Positions 19,027 to 29,830 of a stretch of DNA of 64,000 nt are shown here, piece by piece. The first letter of the stretch is position 1. Every line of letters begins with the position of its first letter. This stretch comes from an uncultured Verrucomicrobiae bacterium (lineage in GTDB: Bacteria; Verrucomicrobiota; Verrucomicrobiia; Chthoniobacterales; JAFAMB01), in NCBI GenBank assembly GCA_963813025.1, contig CAWEXO010000001.1, positions 128,001 through 192,000 of the forward strand, in the 5' to 3' direction. The notes beneath the pieces are model-generated. The model did not search any database. It had not been told where the DNA came from and saw nothing but the letters and a program-made list of their open reading frames with translations. Made by a program: the position numbers and the translations under genes.

Positions 19027-19986
19027 TCATTCGATTGGCACAGGTGGCCTCAGTCGCGTTTCGTCCAGAGATTCGACGTCCCAGTGAGCAAGGGCCGCTG
19101 CTGCGTCGTAAGCAGTCTGAGCGAACTGAAGGATCGCTTCGTCAGGTGACGGCGCCGCGCGCACCACCTCGTATGGAAGGAGAAACTCGCGGAGCTGAGT
19201 GGAGTAGAATGCGCCGTCAGGTCGGATCGTTTGTACACCAAAATCTTTCGGTTCCGGATACGCATACGAATAGAATGCTGCCGGATTTGCTGCGTCACCG
19301 GGCCAAAAGCCGACGCTGCTCAATTCCTGTGCGTAGCCTTCGCGCACAACCGCATCGGGCAGGTGCGGAACACCGCCGGGATGCGGAGGCGCTTGCCGCC
19401 CTGAGAACCGCGTCACCGCGAGATCGAAACTCCCCCAGAAGAAATGCACCGGACTGCATTTCCCACAGAAACGCGATCGGAAACGTTTGAACACGCGATC
19501 AGCCTGAACAAGCACCCGCCAGAAACGGTTTGAGTATTCGCGATCGTAGGAGTGATGTGTTTCGTCCTGGTCGAACGGAATCACCTCAGGAATCTCGTTC
19601 GGCACCCGGTTAATACTCACCGGGAGCCCGAGCGCATCGAGTTCGCGCATTAAGGAGTTGTAGAAGAAAGCGACTGAGTGAGGGCCCAGTTCGATCTCGC
19701 GGCGACTGCCGTCGCTGATTAAGATGCGCAATTGGTGATCGATGAAGTCGAATTCGATTTCGAACGTGCGCAAGCCATGCGGAATCGGCGAAGTCGTTAG
19801 TCCGCGCGACGTCACGTAAAGCGTGACACCCCAGGAATGATTAATCCACGACGAGAGGGCGAGTCGAACCTTGCCGACTATCTGTGTCCACAGGCGCAGT
19901 GTTTGCGCCGTGTCCTGCCAATCCTGATAAGGCAATGGCGGCCAGAAGCGATCGCGCTCGGCTGGTGTCAGTTCGCCAGTTTTCAT
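19027..19986 (-). CDS. DUF5996 family protein
   Basis: WPPLPYQDWQDT, WTQIVGKVRL, WINHSW, SPVHFFWGSFDLAVTRFSGR, AFYSYAYPEP. Confidence 0.9.
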   Translation of the reverse strand: MKTGELTPAERDRFWPPLPYQDWQDTAQTLRLWTQIVGKVRLALSSWINHSWGVTLYVTSRGLTTSPIPHGLRTFEIEFDFIDHQLRILISDGSRREIELGPHSVAFFYNSLMRELDALGLPVSINRVPNEIPEVIPFDQDETHHSYDREYSNRFWRVLVQADRVFKRFRSRFCGKCSPVHFFWGSFDLAVTRFSGRQAPPHPGGVPHLPDAVVREGYAQELSSVGFWPGDAANPAAFYSYAYPEPKDFGVQTIRPDGAFYSTQLREFLLPYEVVRAAPSPDEAILQFAQTAYDAAAALAHWDVESLDETRLRPPVPIE

Positions 19987-20278
19987 CGTTGCACCGCCTG
20001 CACCCCAGGACCGCGCTGTAAAAGGTAAGCGAAGGCGGAGCGGGTGAAACCGACCGCCACGATCAAGATACCAAAAAACCTTCTCATTTTGGAGAATAGT
20101 TCCATCCACGCCGCTCGCAATCGGGGGATTTAACGATTGTTAACAATATCTCTGGGGGTAAGATTCGAGCCGCTTTCTGAGCGGCGTTAAGGACGAGGAG
20201 CGACGGAGTGCAACAGTTGCGGTAGGATGAGCTCCTGTTAGGTGGGCATGGACTTCTCTCGGTAGGGATGAGCTCCCG

Positions 20279-21887
20279 TGTTCTGACCGGATAGATCGCT
20301 GACACCCGTTCGGATACATCGCTGACAGGTGGGTAACAGATTTATCGAATGCTGGGATAAGAAGTCAATGGCCTTGTTGGCTGCGGTTTTTGCGCGTTTG
20401 AGGTGACTAGCCGAGGGCGTCCAGACTTATCCATAATCGCCCCGGACCGGTGTGCTGCGAGAATGCCTGGTACAGGTCCACTACGTCGCAGCAGCGCACC
20501 GGTCCGGAAAAAGGCGATTGTGGATAAGTCGCATCTTGAAGCCGGACTTCTGCGAAGCCCAAGGGCTGTCTTTTTGCCTTTTTGGCTCATCTTTTTGCGG
20601 TGCCTGCCCCCCGGGCTGTCGCAGGATTCATTTGCCGGCAAAGCGGCCACCGATTGGAGTCGGTTTGGGAGAGTTCTTTTAGATCCAGCCGGCCAACTTT
20701 TTTCCAACCCAAAAATAGATCCCAACAATCCTCTTGCCCGCTGGGGCGAAAGGCGAGCTGCAGTCCGGCAAAAGCTTGGCCGGCATAGAGCAGATGGCCC
20801 TTGAACTTAATCTCTCCTTTCGTGCGCACTTTTCGCACCTGGTCCTGGCTGAGGGATTCCAGGGCGGGCAGCTCTTGAGGCATCCCTCGGCAGGCTGGGT
20901 TGATAGCGGCTGGCCGGTACGGCCAATTGCAGGGCTTCGTGGGGCCGTTGGGTGTTGTAACAATCCCGGAAGGCGCTGAAGCGCTTTTGACACTGTTCCA
21001 GCTCAGGCCAAGCGGTGCTTTGATTGAGCACCTCGGTTTGCAGAGTGCCGTGAAAACCTTCGGCTTTGCCTTGGGTCTGGGGGGTGATAGACCCGGCCAT
21101 GAATGACTTCGACCCCTAGCCGCAACAGCCAGACACTGAATTCCGTATAGGGACAGGCGCTCTCGGCGCTGCCCCAAGGCGAGCCGTTGTCGCACAAGAT
21201 CCGCTGGGGCAACCCATAACGGCCAAAAACCTCTCTCAGCCGCTCTTTGACCCTCTGGTTGCGCTGATTGGCACAGGCTTCGACCGCCAACCAGAAGCGG
21301 GAATGATCATCTAAAAGGGTCAACACCTCACAGCGTCCGGCATTGCTCAGCTGCAACGGGCCCTTAAAATCCATTTGCCACAGTTCATTGGGCGCCTCGT
21401 ACTCAAAACGCTGCCAGGGCCCTTTTTGCTCGGCTTGGCGCAGTTGTCCCGGCCGACGCAAAATCTCGGTGATGGTGCTAGCCGCCGGCGCCGCACCCAA
21501 GCCAAGGTTTTCCAGGCGCCGTTTGAGCTTGCGTTCCCCAGCTGGGCTGTCGGCCCCTCAGTTCCAGGATCCATTTTTCCATCTCTGGGCTGGTCTGCTC
21601 AGGATGATTGCGCGGACGGCGCGATTTTTCTTCCAACCCCAGCTCGCCCTGTTCTTGGTAGGCCCGCCACCATTTATAGCCGCATTCGGCGCTAATGCCA
21701 AAACGCCGGCATAAAGCTCTTCGATCGCTTCCGGCTTGCTCAAAAAGCAGCACAAATTCTTTTTTCATCGCGAACAATTCCTTGACCTGCCAGGGCATAA
21801 GCCTCCCTCCCTAGCAGACCCTTTTTCTTAGGCCAATGTGTCAGCGATGTTTCCGAACAGGTGTCAGCGATCTATCCGGTCTGCGCA
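20279..21887 (-). mobile_element. IS481-family insertion sequence with a 6-bp TSD (CTCCCG)
   Basis: Ends TGTTCTGACCGGATAGATCGCTGACA and TGTCAGCGATCTATCCGGTCTGCGCA, each with a repeated ATCGCTGACA; CTCCCG at 20273-20278 and 21888-21893. Confidence 0.9.
20587..21798 (-). pseudogene. IS481-family transposase, split by several frameshifts
   Basis: MPWQ...LCRRFGIS..GYKW; RFEYEAPNELWQMDFKG; DDHSRF; DNGSPWG; PQTQGK.E.FH; YNTQRPHEAL, spread over at least 4 frame segments. Confidence 0.85.
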
Positions 21888-22041
21888 CTCCCGTTCGGGG
21901 GCATGGACTTCTGCTCGGTAGGGATGAGCTCCTGCTCGTCCAGATCGACACGTGATCCACTAAGGAGGTCAAGCAGGAGCTTGTCCCTGCCGACCTTGAG
22001 TGTTACGAGGCAACTGTTCCGAGGTCCGTGCCAATTCGTTG

Positions 22042-23456
22042 GGAGTTATAACCGAATTTTGTGGATGAGGAGATAAAGAAAGGCGCATCCTTTCAGCAAG
22101 AAAAAGAAACGATGGCGGTCTCACTCGAGGGCGCCAAAAAAGAAAGGATGCACCAGTGCCAGAGAATAAAGTGGTCTCGCTCGATGAGCGAGCAAAAGAT
22201 GAAGAGAAGCCATTCCTGGAGCAGTTGCTGCAGGAAGGAGCCAGGAAGCTGTTACAGGCGGCAATCGAGAATGAGGTGATCGACTATATCCAATTCCACA
22301 AGGATCGACGGGATGAGAATGGACAGCGGTTGGTGGTACGCAATGGACACCTGCCGGAGCGGGAAGTGGTTAGTGGAGTCGGTCCGATCCGGGTTCGTCA
22401 GCCACGGATCCGGCATCGTGACAGGGGTCGCTTTTCCAGTGCGATTCTGCCCAAGTACATGCGTCGGGCTCGAGAGCGTCGATGCACTGATTCCAGCCCT
22501 TTACCTGAAAGGGATCTCGACTGGAGATTTCAGTGAAGCGTTGGCAGCGATTTTGGGCGAAGGAGCCAGTGGACTATCAGCAACCAATATCGTCCGGTTG
22601 AAGGCCGGGTGGGAAAGCGACTATAAGGCGTGGACTCAGCGCGACTTAAGTCAGAAGCGTTACGTTTACTGGTGGGCCGACGGAGTTTATTTCAACGTCC
22701 GGCTCGATGAGGAACGAACCTGCGTGCTGATCTTGATTGGAGCTACCGAGGATGGCACCAAGGAACTCTTAGCGGTTGTCGATGGGTATCGGGAAAGCAC
22801 CCAATCCTGGCGCGAACTGCTTGGGCAGCTCAAACGCTTGGGTCTGTCTAGCGCACCGAAGCTGGCCATCGGTGATGGTTCGCTTGGCTTTTGGATCGCT
22901 CTCCAGGAAGAATATGGCCAAATCGCCCAACAGCGCTGCTGGGTACACAAAACGGCTAACATCCTGGATAAAATGCCTAAGAGCGTTCAGGGCAAGGCCA
23001 AGCAACTGATCCATGAAATGTACCTGGCGGCGACCCGCAAAGCAGCTCTGGCCGCCTACGATCAGTTCATCTCCAGTTACCGGGCTAAATTCCCTCAAGC
23101 CTGCGAGTGCCTGCAGAAAGATCAAGAAGTCCTGTTTACCTTTTATGACTTTCCGGCTCAACATTGGCCGCATTTACGGACCACCAACCCCATCGAATCC
23201 ACCTTCGCTACCGTTCGGCTGCGAACTCATCGAACCAAGGGTTCCGGTTCACGAATCGCAACCCTGACCATGGTCTTTAAACTCGGCCTGGAAGCCCAAA
23301 AGCACTGGCGTCGGCTTCAGGGCTTCGAACTGATTCCAAAGGTAGTCACCGGTGTCCGATTCGTCGATGGCGAAGAACAAGCTCAACAGGCCGCCTAACC
23401 AAGTTATTTTAAAAGGATGCGCCCATCCCCGATACACAACTTTTGACAATATCTCG
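22042..23456 (+). mobile_element. IS256-family insertion sequence with an 8-9 bp TSD ATTCGTTG(G)
   Basis: Imperfect inverted repeats GAGTTATAACCGAATTTTGTG and CACAACTTTTGACAATATCTC; ATTCGTTGG at 22034-22042 and 23457-23465. Confidence 0.85.
22156..23398 (+). CDS. IS256-family transposase, +1 frameshift near 22472
   Basis: VVRNGHLPER, LYLKGISTGDF, WADGVYF, GDGSLGFW, QRCWVHK, RTTNPIESTF. Confidence 0.9.
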
Positions 23457-23476
23457 ATTCGTTGGGGCAGCACAGC

Positions 23477-25378
23477 CTAGGCAGATTTTCGAAACGCCTC
23501 GATCGCTTCGTACTCTGCCAAACCAAGCGCATCGTACATCTTGGCCGTGGCGCGATTGAGCATCTCCGCTTGCTGCCAGACCTCGCCCGACTGCTGTTCA
23601 GCAAACGGCGTTTGACTTCGTTGCGACCGATGATGGAAAAGGCAGTCAAGCTTGACCGTTAGCTCATCCGGGCTGAGCGGGACGGCCATATCGATCTCAT
23701 GCGGGGACCAGGGGCGCTCGGTCGAGGCGTAAAGCCAGAGCTGAGTTTCCCGTAACCAGGATTGCTTCCCCGCGCATTGCTGGAGCGCCTGGTTGATCAA
23801 ACCAAAAGAAAGCCCCGCCACGCTGTTGGGTTCAGCACCTGCGCCCGTGAGATAGATCTGGTGCGGCTGAATTTTCTGGCACAGCCCGGCAATAGCCGAC
23901 ACGTCCTCCGCTCCTGTACGAAACTGGCGATATCGACCCGTCTCATAGAATGGCAGGTCCAGAAAAAGCACTCTGGATAGTTGCAATCCAAGCAGCTGAC
24001 CAGAAGCGCGCGCCTCGGCTCGGCGAATCAGGCTTTTGAACTGCCTCAATTCGAAGCTGTCCTCGTCGTAGGCAGTCTTGTTCTCGATTTCATTCGCCAG
24101 CCGATCCAAGTGACTTTTCGTCGCTCCGGGTTGGCTGGGCTGAACGCCGGCTTCCGTGAAAAGGTTAATCGCCATCCTCGCTTCGTTATCCGGAACGCCC
24201 AGATTACCGGAGGTGAGGTAGGCAACGGTTACCTCATGACGATGCCGCACTAAACGATTCAACGTTCCGGCCATCCCCAGTTCGGCATCCAGCGGCTCCG
24301 GTCCAAAGACCAAGACTCGCTTTTGGGCCGGCTCCGCTGGTACGGGCCGGTTGGAGTCGTCGGCGTTTGGTTTCCCGCCAGGCCAGCCGGTAATCGTGTG
24401 CTGCAGCTCATTAAAGATCCGGATGTTTAAACTGTAGGCCGAGCCGGTCTCTACCAGCAGTGGCGCCAGGCCTGACTCCGTGAAATCCTCATCGCGCAGT
24501 CGCAGCACCGGTTTATGGCGATCCCCGGCCAGACCAACCACCGCGCGACGAATCAGGGGCGGGTTCCAATCAACCGGCCCCACTTTCCACGGCGCCCGAA
24601 AACGAGTAAGCTCCCCGGCCGCGACCCGATCGACAAAGCAAGCGCAATTCGGATGCCGCTGCAGATAGCTGGCGGGAACCGCATCGGTTTGCGGTCCCTC
24701 GATTGCCGTCCGCAGGATCCCGGCTTTCGATTCGCCCCACGCGAGCAGGATGATCCGGCGGGCGGTCAGGATAGTTCCGACGCCCATCGTAATCGCGTAG
24801 CTGGGCACATTCGCTTCACCGCGAAAATCGCGAGCCGCGTCTCGCCTGGTCAATCGATCCAGCGCCACCAGCCGGGTCCTGGAGTCCGCCCCTGAACCCG
24901 GCTCATTGAACCCGATATGACCAGTTCGTCCGATGCCAAGGATCTGCACATCAATGCCACCGGCCTCATGAATCTGCCGTTCGTACTCGGCGCAATACTC
25001 AAAGACGCGACTCCGATCAACCGTCCCATCAGGTACATGCGTGTTGTCCGGCGGCAGATCCACTTGTCCGAAGAGCTGTACCTCCATGAAATGCCGGTAG
25101 CTTTCCGGATGCGCCGCCGAAAGCCCGTAGTACTCATCCAAATTGAATGTAACGACGTTCCTGAAGGAAAGCCCCTCAGCGCGGTGGAGACGAATCAGTT
25201 CGCGATAAAGCTTAACGGGGGTAGACCCGGTGGCGAGACCTAGAACCGCCGTTCTGTTTTCCGATTGGCGTTGCCGGATCAATTGAGCGATTTCGCCGGC
25301 GACTTCGCGAACCGCGTCATCCGCACTTGGAAAAACGCGGGTATCGATTTTCTCGAATTGCTGAGCTTCAGCGGTCAT
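23477..25378 (-). CDS. nagB: Glucosamine-6-phosphate deaminase with a C-terminal PIG-L-like domain
   Basis: LGLATGSTP, FNLDEY, GIGRTGHIGFNEPGS, AITMGVGTI; linker LQHTITGWPGGKPNADDS. Confidence 0.92.
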   Translation of the reverse strand: MTAEAQQFEKIDTRVFPSADDAVREVAGEIAQLIRQRQSENRTAVLGLATGSTPVKLYRELIRLHRAEGLSFRNVVTFNLDEYYGLSAAHPESYRHFMEVQLFGQVDLPPDNTHVPDGTVDRSRVFEYCAEYERQIHEAGGIDVQILGIGRTGHIGFNEPGSGADSRTRLVALDRLTRRDAARDFRGEANVPSYAITMGVGTILTARRIILLAWGESKAGILRTAIEGPQTDAVPASYLQRHPNCACFVDRVAAGELTRFRAPWKVGPVDWNPPLIRRAVVGLAGDRHKPVLRLRDEDFTESGLAPLLVETGSAYSLNIRIFNELQHTITGWPGGKPNADDSNRPVPAEPAQKRVLVFGPEPLDAELGMAGTLNRLVRHRHEVTVAYLTSGNLGVPDNEARMAINLFTEAGVQPSQPGATKSHLDRLANEIENKTAYDEDSFELRQFKSLIRRAEARASGQLLGLQLSRVLFLDLPFYETGRYRQFRTGAEDVSAIAGLCQKIQPHQIYLTGAGAEPNSVAGLSFGLINQALQQCAGKQSWLRETQLWLYASTERPWSPHEIDMAVPLSPDELTVKLDCLFHHRSQRSQTPFAEQQSGEVWQQAEMLNRATAKMYDALGLAEYEAIEAFRKSA

Positions 25379-25665
25379 GAGTTGAGCATGGCCAGGGTGT
25401 TATGAAGAACTTGCGGCTCACGGGAATCGACCACCCCGAACATTTGAAAGGTTGCTGGATTCCGGCGCGTTCGACAAAGCAAATTTCAAGCACTGGTTTT
25501 TTGTAACGCGGCCGCCAGCTCACCCGCGCTATCGCCCGCAATGATGTGCCACGGATAGCTCGATCACACCCAAACCCATCAACAACGGCACGGCTATCGC
25601 TCATCGGTCATCGGCCATGCTGGTCGTGACCTGCTGTTTAGGCTAAGTTAGCGGTCTTCAGATCT

Positions 25666-26652
25666 ATGACGCGTCGCGGGTCTCGAATCAACTGGTCGTG
25701 GGTACGTTGGCTGATTGAATCCAATCTGCGGCAACAGCCGGGGTTTCAAAAGGATTTCCGGCTTGAAGAATACATTCACTCATTTGGGCAGGGTCTTTTT
25801 TACCAGAACTATTTGTTTAGAGTGGATGGCAAGCCTTTGGTGTTAAGGCTGTCGAAGATCGAGCGCGGTTTCCAGAGCCGTGAAGAGGCTGGCATTAGTT
25901 TACGGAAAGAAGCACGAACCCTCCAGGCGTTGGGAGCTTTCGATTTGCAATTCGAGGTTCCCAGACTCGTGTGCCTCGTGAGGGATGGTTCTAGTGAGCC
26001 TGTCGGTTTGATCGAGTCAGCAGTGAGCGGTCTACCACTCTCGTGGTCGAGTGGCGTCAACCTTGAGTTGCCGCTGGAGACAATCGCGAAGGTCGCGGGC
26101 GCCACTCACAATTTACCTAAAGCGGATTTTCCGCATCTCAAGGTGTGGGCTGATAGTCGCGCGCATGTGATGGAGCAACTGGACGCTTTCCCTTTATCGC
26201 TTTTTGATGAGTTTGCAGAGGCGCAAAATTCCCGCGATTGGATTTTGCATCATTCACCGAGTGACAGGCCCTCAGTAGTCCTGCATGGGGATTTGCTTCC
26301 GCAAAACCTGTTGTTGGATACCTCGAAGAACGCCAGGATAGCCGTCCTCGACTGGGAGTGCGCGCAAATCGGGGATCCAGCTTACGATCTGGCTATCGTA
26401 ACCCGCGGCGTTCGCAAACCACTTGGAATTTCTAGTGGACTACAGCGGTTGGTTAGTTTGTATAACGAAATCGCGGCGCACAAAATCGAGCCCGCCGCGG
26501 TGATAGTGCATGAGTTGTTCCTTCATCTGAACTGGCTCGCTGAAGCTGCAGAGAAAAAGAGAAACAAGAATGCGGGTGGGCACGGACCCGAGCATTACGC
26601 GGGTTTGCTCGGAAGCATCTTGAGACGAGCGGAGGCTGTGGCAGCACGATGA
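25666..26652 (+). CDS. Aminoglycoside phosphotransferase/choline kinase-like protein
   Basis: VLHGDLLPQNLL, VLDWECAQIGDPAYDL. Confidence 0.85.
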   Translation: MTRRGSRINWSWVRWLIESNLRQQPGFQKDFRLEEYIHSFGQGLFYQNYLFRVDGKPLVLRLSKIERGFQSREEAGISLRKEARTLQALGAFDLQFEVPRLVCLVRDGSSEPVGLIESAVSGLPLSWSSGVNLELPLETIAKVAGATHNLPKADFPHLKVWADSRAHVMEQLDAFPLSLFDEFAEAQNSRDWILHHSPSDRPSVVLHGDLLPQNLLLDTSKNARIAVLDWECAQIGDPAYDLAIVTRGVRKPLGISSGLQRLVSLYNEIAAHKIEPAAVIVHELFLHLNWLAEAAEKKRNKNAGGHGPEHYAGLLGSILRRAEAVAAR

Positions 26653-26667
26653 ACCGGTCCTGCGCCC

Positions 26668-27075
26668 TGGAGTTGCAGGAGTCGTAGGAGTTACAGGAGT
26701 TCAAGGAATTCAGGGACGCTTGGGTAGTTCGAGGAGCGTTCGTTTGCGATTTGCGATCTGCGATTTGCGATCGGTTTCGGCGGTATCGCCTCTGTCGGTA
26801 GGGCGAGAATTTCATTCGAGCCGCACCGAGGAGCGGTAGGGATGAGCTCCTCGGATGAGCTCCAGACTACGGACAAGCCTTCGTCGCGGTCGGGTACGGA
26901 ATGGCACAAACGCCTGACCGGAGGGCGCGCCGTAGCCTTGCGGAGGTGGCCCGCTCGTCCAGATCGAGACGAGGCTCACCACGGGGTTGCGAGACAGCCT
27001 CTAAATTTTCCCCTACCGATCCGGTCGCAAATAAATATCAAATCGCACCGGTGTGCTCCTAAGTCCGACATATCC
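26668..27075. repeat. Composite repeat: 9/10-bp runs, TTGCGAT heptamers, GTAG REPs, MITE right end and CTAAGTCCGACA end
   Basis: Same modules and order as at 37900, 41693 and 49697. Confidence 0.85.
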
Positions 27076-27100
27076 TCTGGAGGATCTCTCGGGGCGCATT

Positions 27101-28042
27101 TTAACTAGAACCGACCAGCCTGTCGACTTCATCGCGATAGGGCATGGACGGCGCGGTTCCTGGCCGGGTAACTGATATCCCGGCTACCGCGCACCCGTAT
27201 TTCGTCGCTTCGATAATAGATTTACCCTCGGCGAGAGCCACCGCAAAACCTCCGGCGAAAGCATCTCCCGCTCCGGTAGTTTCTACCACTTGGCCAGTAG
27301 AAAACGCCGGAACTATTTCGCGGACGCTCTGGTTTCTAACAAATGCGCCTTTTTCGCCTAATGTTAAGACCACATTCTCGACGCCCATCTGAAGCAATCG
27401 ATCGGAGAGGGTTTCAAAGTCGTGTGGATCGATCTCAGCGCCGTTTCCGATCAGGCCTGCCGCTTCCGTTTCGTTTGGTGTCAGATAGTTAACCATCGCG
27501 AGCGCGCTGAGCGGAACTGGCACAGCCGGGGCAGGATTCAAGATCACCGCAACACCGGCTTCATGAGCAATCTCAATACCGCGAATCGTCGGCGCAATCG
27601 GCAGTTCCAGTTGAGTGAGGAAAATGTCAGCCGACACAATCGCGCTGCGTGCCGCTTCGACTTCGGCAACACTTATGGTGCTACACGCGCCTGGGACAAC
27701 AACGATCGCGTTTTCGCTGGAAGCGTGATCGACCAGGATGGTCGCAGTCCCGCTGGACTCTTCCGGATGCTCAAAAATCTGGTCGAGACTCATCCCTTGT
27801 TCCTGATAGAACTTCCGAGCCATCTCGCCGAACGCGTCCCGACCGAGTTTTGTAATTAAATGAACGTCCGCGTTGAGCCGAGCGGCCGCGACCGCCTGAT
27901 TGGAACCCTTTCCGCCCGGACCCATCTTGAAGCCTGCGCCTAAAATGGTCTCACCCCAATTGGGCATTCGTACAGCCCGGCAAGTAAGATCGGCCACGAA
28001 CGCACCCAAAACGCAAATAGTTGGTCTTTTTGGGATGGCTAT
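27101..28042 (-). CDS. rbsK: Ribokinase/deoxyribokinase (PfkB family); start codon uncertain
   Basis: PGGKGSNQAVAAARL, QLE, ILNPAPA, TPNETEA, ETTGAGDAFAGG; only ATA lies at the expected start. Confidence 0.85.
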   Translation of the reverse strand: MAIPKRPTICVLGAFVADLTCRAVRMPNWGETILGAGFKMGPGGKGSNQAVAAARLNADVHLITKLGRDAFGEMARKFYQEQGMSLDQIFEHPEESSGTATILVDHASSENAIVVVPGACSTISVAEVEAARSAIVSADIFLTQLELPIAPTIRGIEIAHEAGVAVILNPAPAVPVPLSALAMVNYLTPNETEAAGLIGNGAEIDPHDFETLSDRLLQMGVENVVLTLGEKGAFVRNQSVREIVPAFSTGQVVETTGAGDAFAGGFAVALAEGKSIIEATKYGCAVAGISVTRPGTAPSMPYRDEVDRLVGSS

Positions 28043-28857
28043 TTGATCGCTCCCATCGTGAGACCGCGGGTTAAATATTTCTGGAGAAAAGTCGCCAGAA
28101 CCAGAGCCGGAACAATCGCGATGATTGCGGCAGCCGAGATCTGTCCCCACAGAATTTCGTGTCCGCCCGCGAACTGTGCGATTACGATCGGTAGCGGAAT
28201 CACCTTCGAGCCGCTGAAGATCACGGCGTAAGCAAAATCATTCCAAGCGAAGATGAAGGTAAAAAGCGCTACCACAACCAAACCGGGAGCCACCAACGGA
28301 ATCACAATGTTTCGGAAAATCTGAAGGCGTGAGGCTCCGTCCACTTTCGCTGCTTCTTCGATGTCGCGCGGGAGATCCTCAATAAAACCTCTGAGCATCC
28401 AGATGGCAAAAGGCAAGTTGAACACGGTATATGACAGAATAAGTCCGGAGTACGAGTCAACCAGTCCGGCAAAGCGAAATATGACAAAGAGGGGAAGAAT
28501 AGTAGCGATTGGCGGAAACATCCGGATCGAAAGAATCCAAAACGAAAGATTCGTCCGACCGACGTTAAATCGAGCAATCGCATAAGCCGCTGGCGCCCCG
28601 AGAAACAATGAAATCAACATTGATGAGAACGCGATCGTGAAGCTATCGAACAGTCCCTTCGCCGCTCCGCGTCCAAGCGAATCAGGATAATTTGACCACT
28701 CCGCATGCGCTGGGATCCAGATGGGTGGACGAGTAAAAAATTCCCCGCGCGCTTTAAGACTGCTTGAGACGATCCAAAACAATGGGAACAGAAAAACGAT
28801 CAACACTCCGATTAAGAGGATCCATTTCGCTGAGCCGACCAAAAAACGCCGGAGCAT
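28039..28857 (-). CDS. Carbohydrate ABC transporter permease (MalG-like)
   Basis: EAA motif IEEAAKVDGAS; FIFAWND. Confidence 0.92.
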   Translation of the reverse strand: MLRRFLVGSAKWILLIGVLIVFLFPLFWIVSSSLKARGEFFTRPPIWIPAHAEWSNYPDSLGRGAAKGLFDSFTIAFSSMLISLFLGAPAAYAIARFNVGRTNLSFWILSIRMFPPIATILPLFVIFRFAGLVDSYSGLILSYTVFNLPFAIWMLRGFIEDLPRDIEEAAKVDGASRLQIFRNIVIPLVAPGLVVVALFTFIFAWNDFAYAVIFSGSKVIPLPIVIAQFAGGHEILWGQISAAAIIAIVPALVLATFLQKYLTRGLTMGAIK

Positions 28858-28859
28858 GA

Positions 28860-29795
28860 CTAAAATCCCTCCTGCCTTAGCATGACCCCTAAAAAGATCT
28901 TTGCCGCCACCGTGACAACCAGCAGCTGGATAAATGACATCGCAGAGGCGTAGCTTGGATTGAAAAATTTGAAACCGACTAAGTAAGTAAAAAAGGTCAG
29001 CGTCTCGCTCGAATTACCTGGACCGCCCTGTGTGAGAATATAGACCAAATCGAAGGTTTTGAAGAGATCGACGCCACGCAACAGAATCCCGATTCCGGTA
29101 ACTGGCAGGATCAGCGGCAACGTAATTCGCCGAAACATGGACCATCCGTGTGCACCATCGAGTCGCGCGGCCTCGATCAATTCCTGCGGCTGGCTTTCGA
29201 TCGCAGCCAGGATTACCAAGGCGAGAAAGGGGGTCCATTGCCAGGTATCGGTCAAAAGAATCGAGACTAACGCCGTCTGGGGCGATGCAAGCCAGGCGGG
29301 CCCGTGAATGCCGAATCGCGCTAAGAGATCGTTCAGCGGACCATAAGACGCGTTGAAGATCATCCTGCCCTGCCACCCAGCTACCACCGGTGAAATAACG
29401 GCTGGTATCAGTATCGGACTTAAAAGCAGCGCTCGGTTCCTTCTTACCCGGGACAGTAATGAAGCAATGATGAATCCGAGCACCGTTTGGATGACGACTC
29501 CAGCGAACACCAGCAACAACGTCCGCACTAACGCGGTCTGGAAGCGAGTATCTTTCGTGACCAGGTTGAGGTAGTTGTCCAGGCCGATCCACCGCAGCGG
29601 TTGTGGACTACTGAATTGAAGATTCGTGAATGAAACCGCCAGAGAAAAGAGCAGCGGTGCGATCGTTACCAGGAAAAGTACGGCAACGGCGGGACCAACC
29701 ATCGACCAGGCAAACGTTTGATCATGCCTGCCCCCCGGAGCCCTCCGGCCCTCGCTCACCCTAACAGCCCGGACGTTGGAAGTAACGGTTTGCAA
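28860..29795 (-). CDS. Carbohydrate ABC transporter permease (MalF-like)
   Basis: DTWQWTPF, EAARLDGA, LTQGGPG. Confidence 0.92.
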   Translation of the reverse strand: MQTVTSNVRAVRVSEGRRAPGGRHDQTFAWSMVGPAVAVLFLVTIAPLLFSLAVSFTNLQFSSPQPLRWIGLDNYLNLVTKDTRFQTALVRTLLLVFAGVVIQTVLGFIIASLLSRVRRNRALLLSPILIPAVISPVVAGWQGRMIFNASYGPLNDLLARFGIHGPAWLASPQTALVSILLTDTWQWTPFLALVILAAIESQPQELIEAARLDGAHGWSMFRRITLPLILPVTGIGILLRGVDLFKTFDLVYILTQGGPGNSSETLTFFTYLVGFKFFNPSYASAMSFIQLLVVTVAAKIFLGVMLRQEGF

Positions 29796-29830
29796 GCTCC
29801 GGCTATCGACTATTGGCTATGGGCTATTTG

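Noticed and set aside
20219..21940. Possible CRISPR array (~40-bp periodic repeats)
   Set aside because: Only 2-3 units, the intervening sequences are near-identical rather than unique spacers, and there are no cas genes
22440..22500. Programmed frameshift in the IS256 transposase
   Set aside because: No slippery heptamer, and IS256 transposases are single-ORF
25666..26652. Aminoglycoside resistance gene
   Set aside because: Only generic APH/choline-kinase motifs are present; the substrate cannot be inferred
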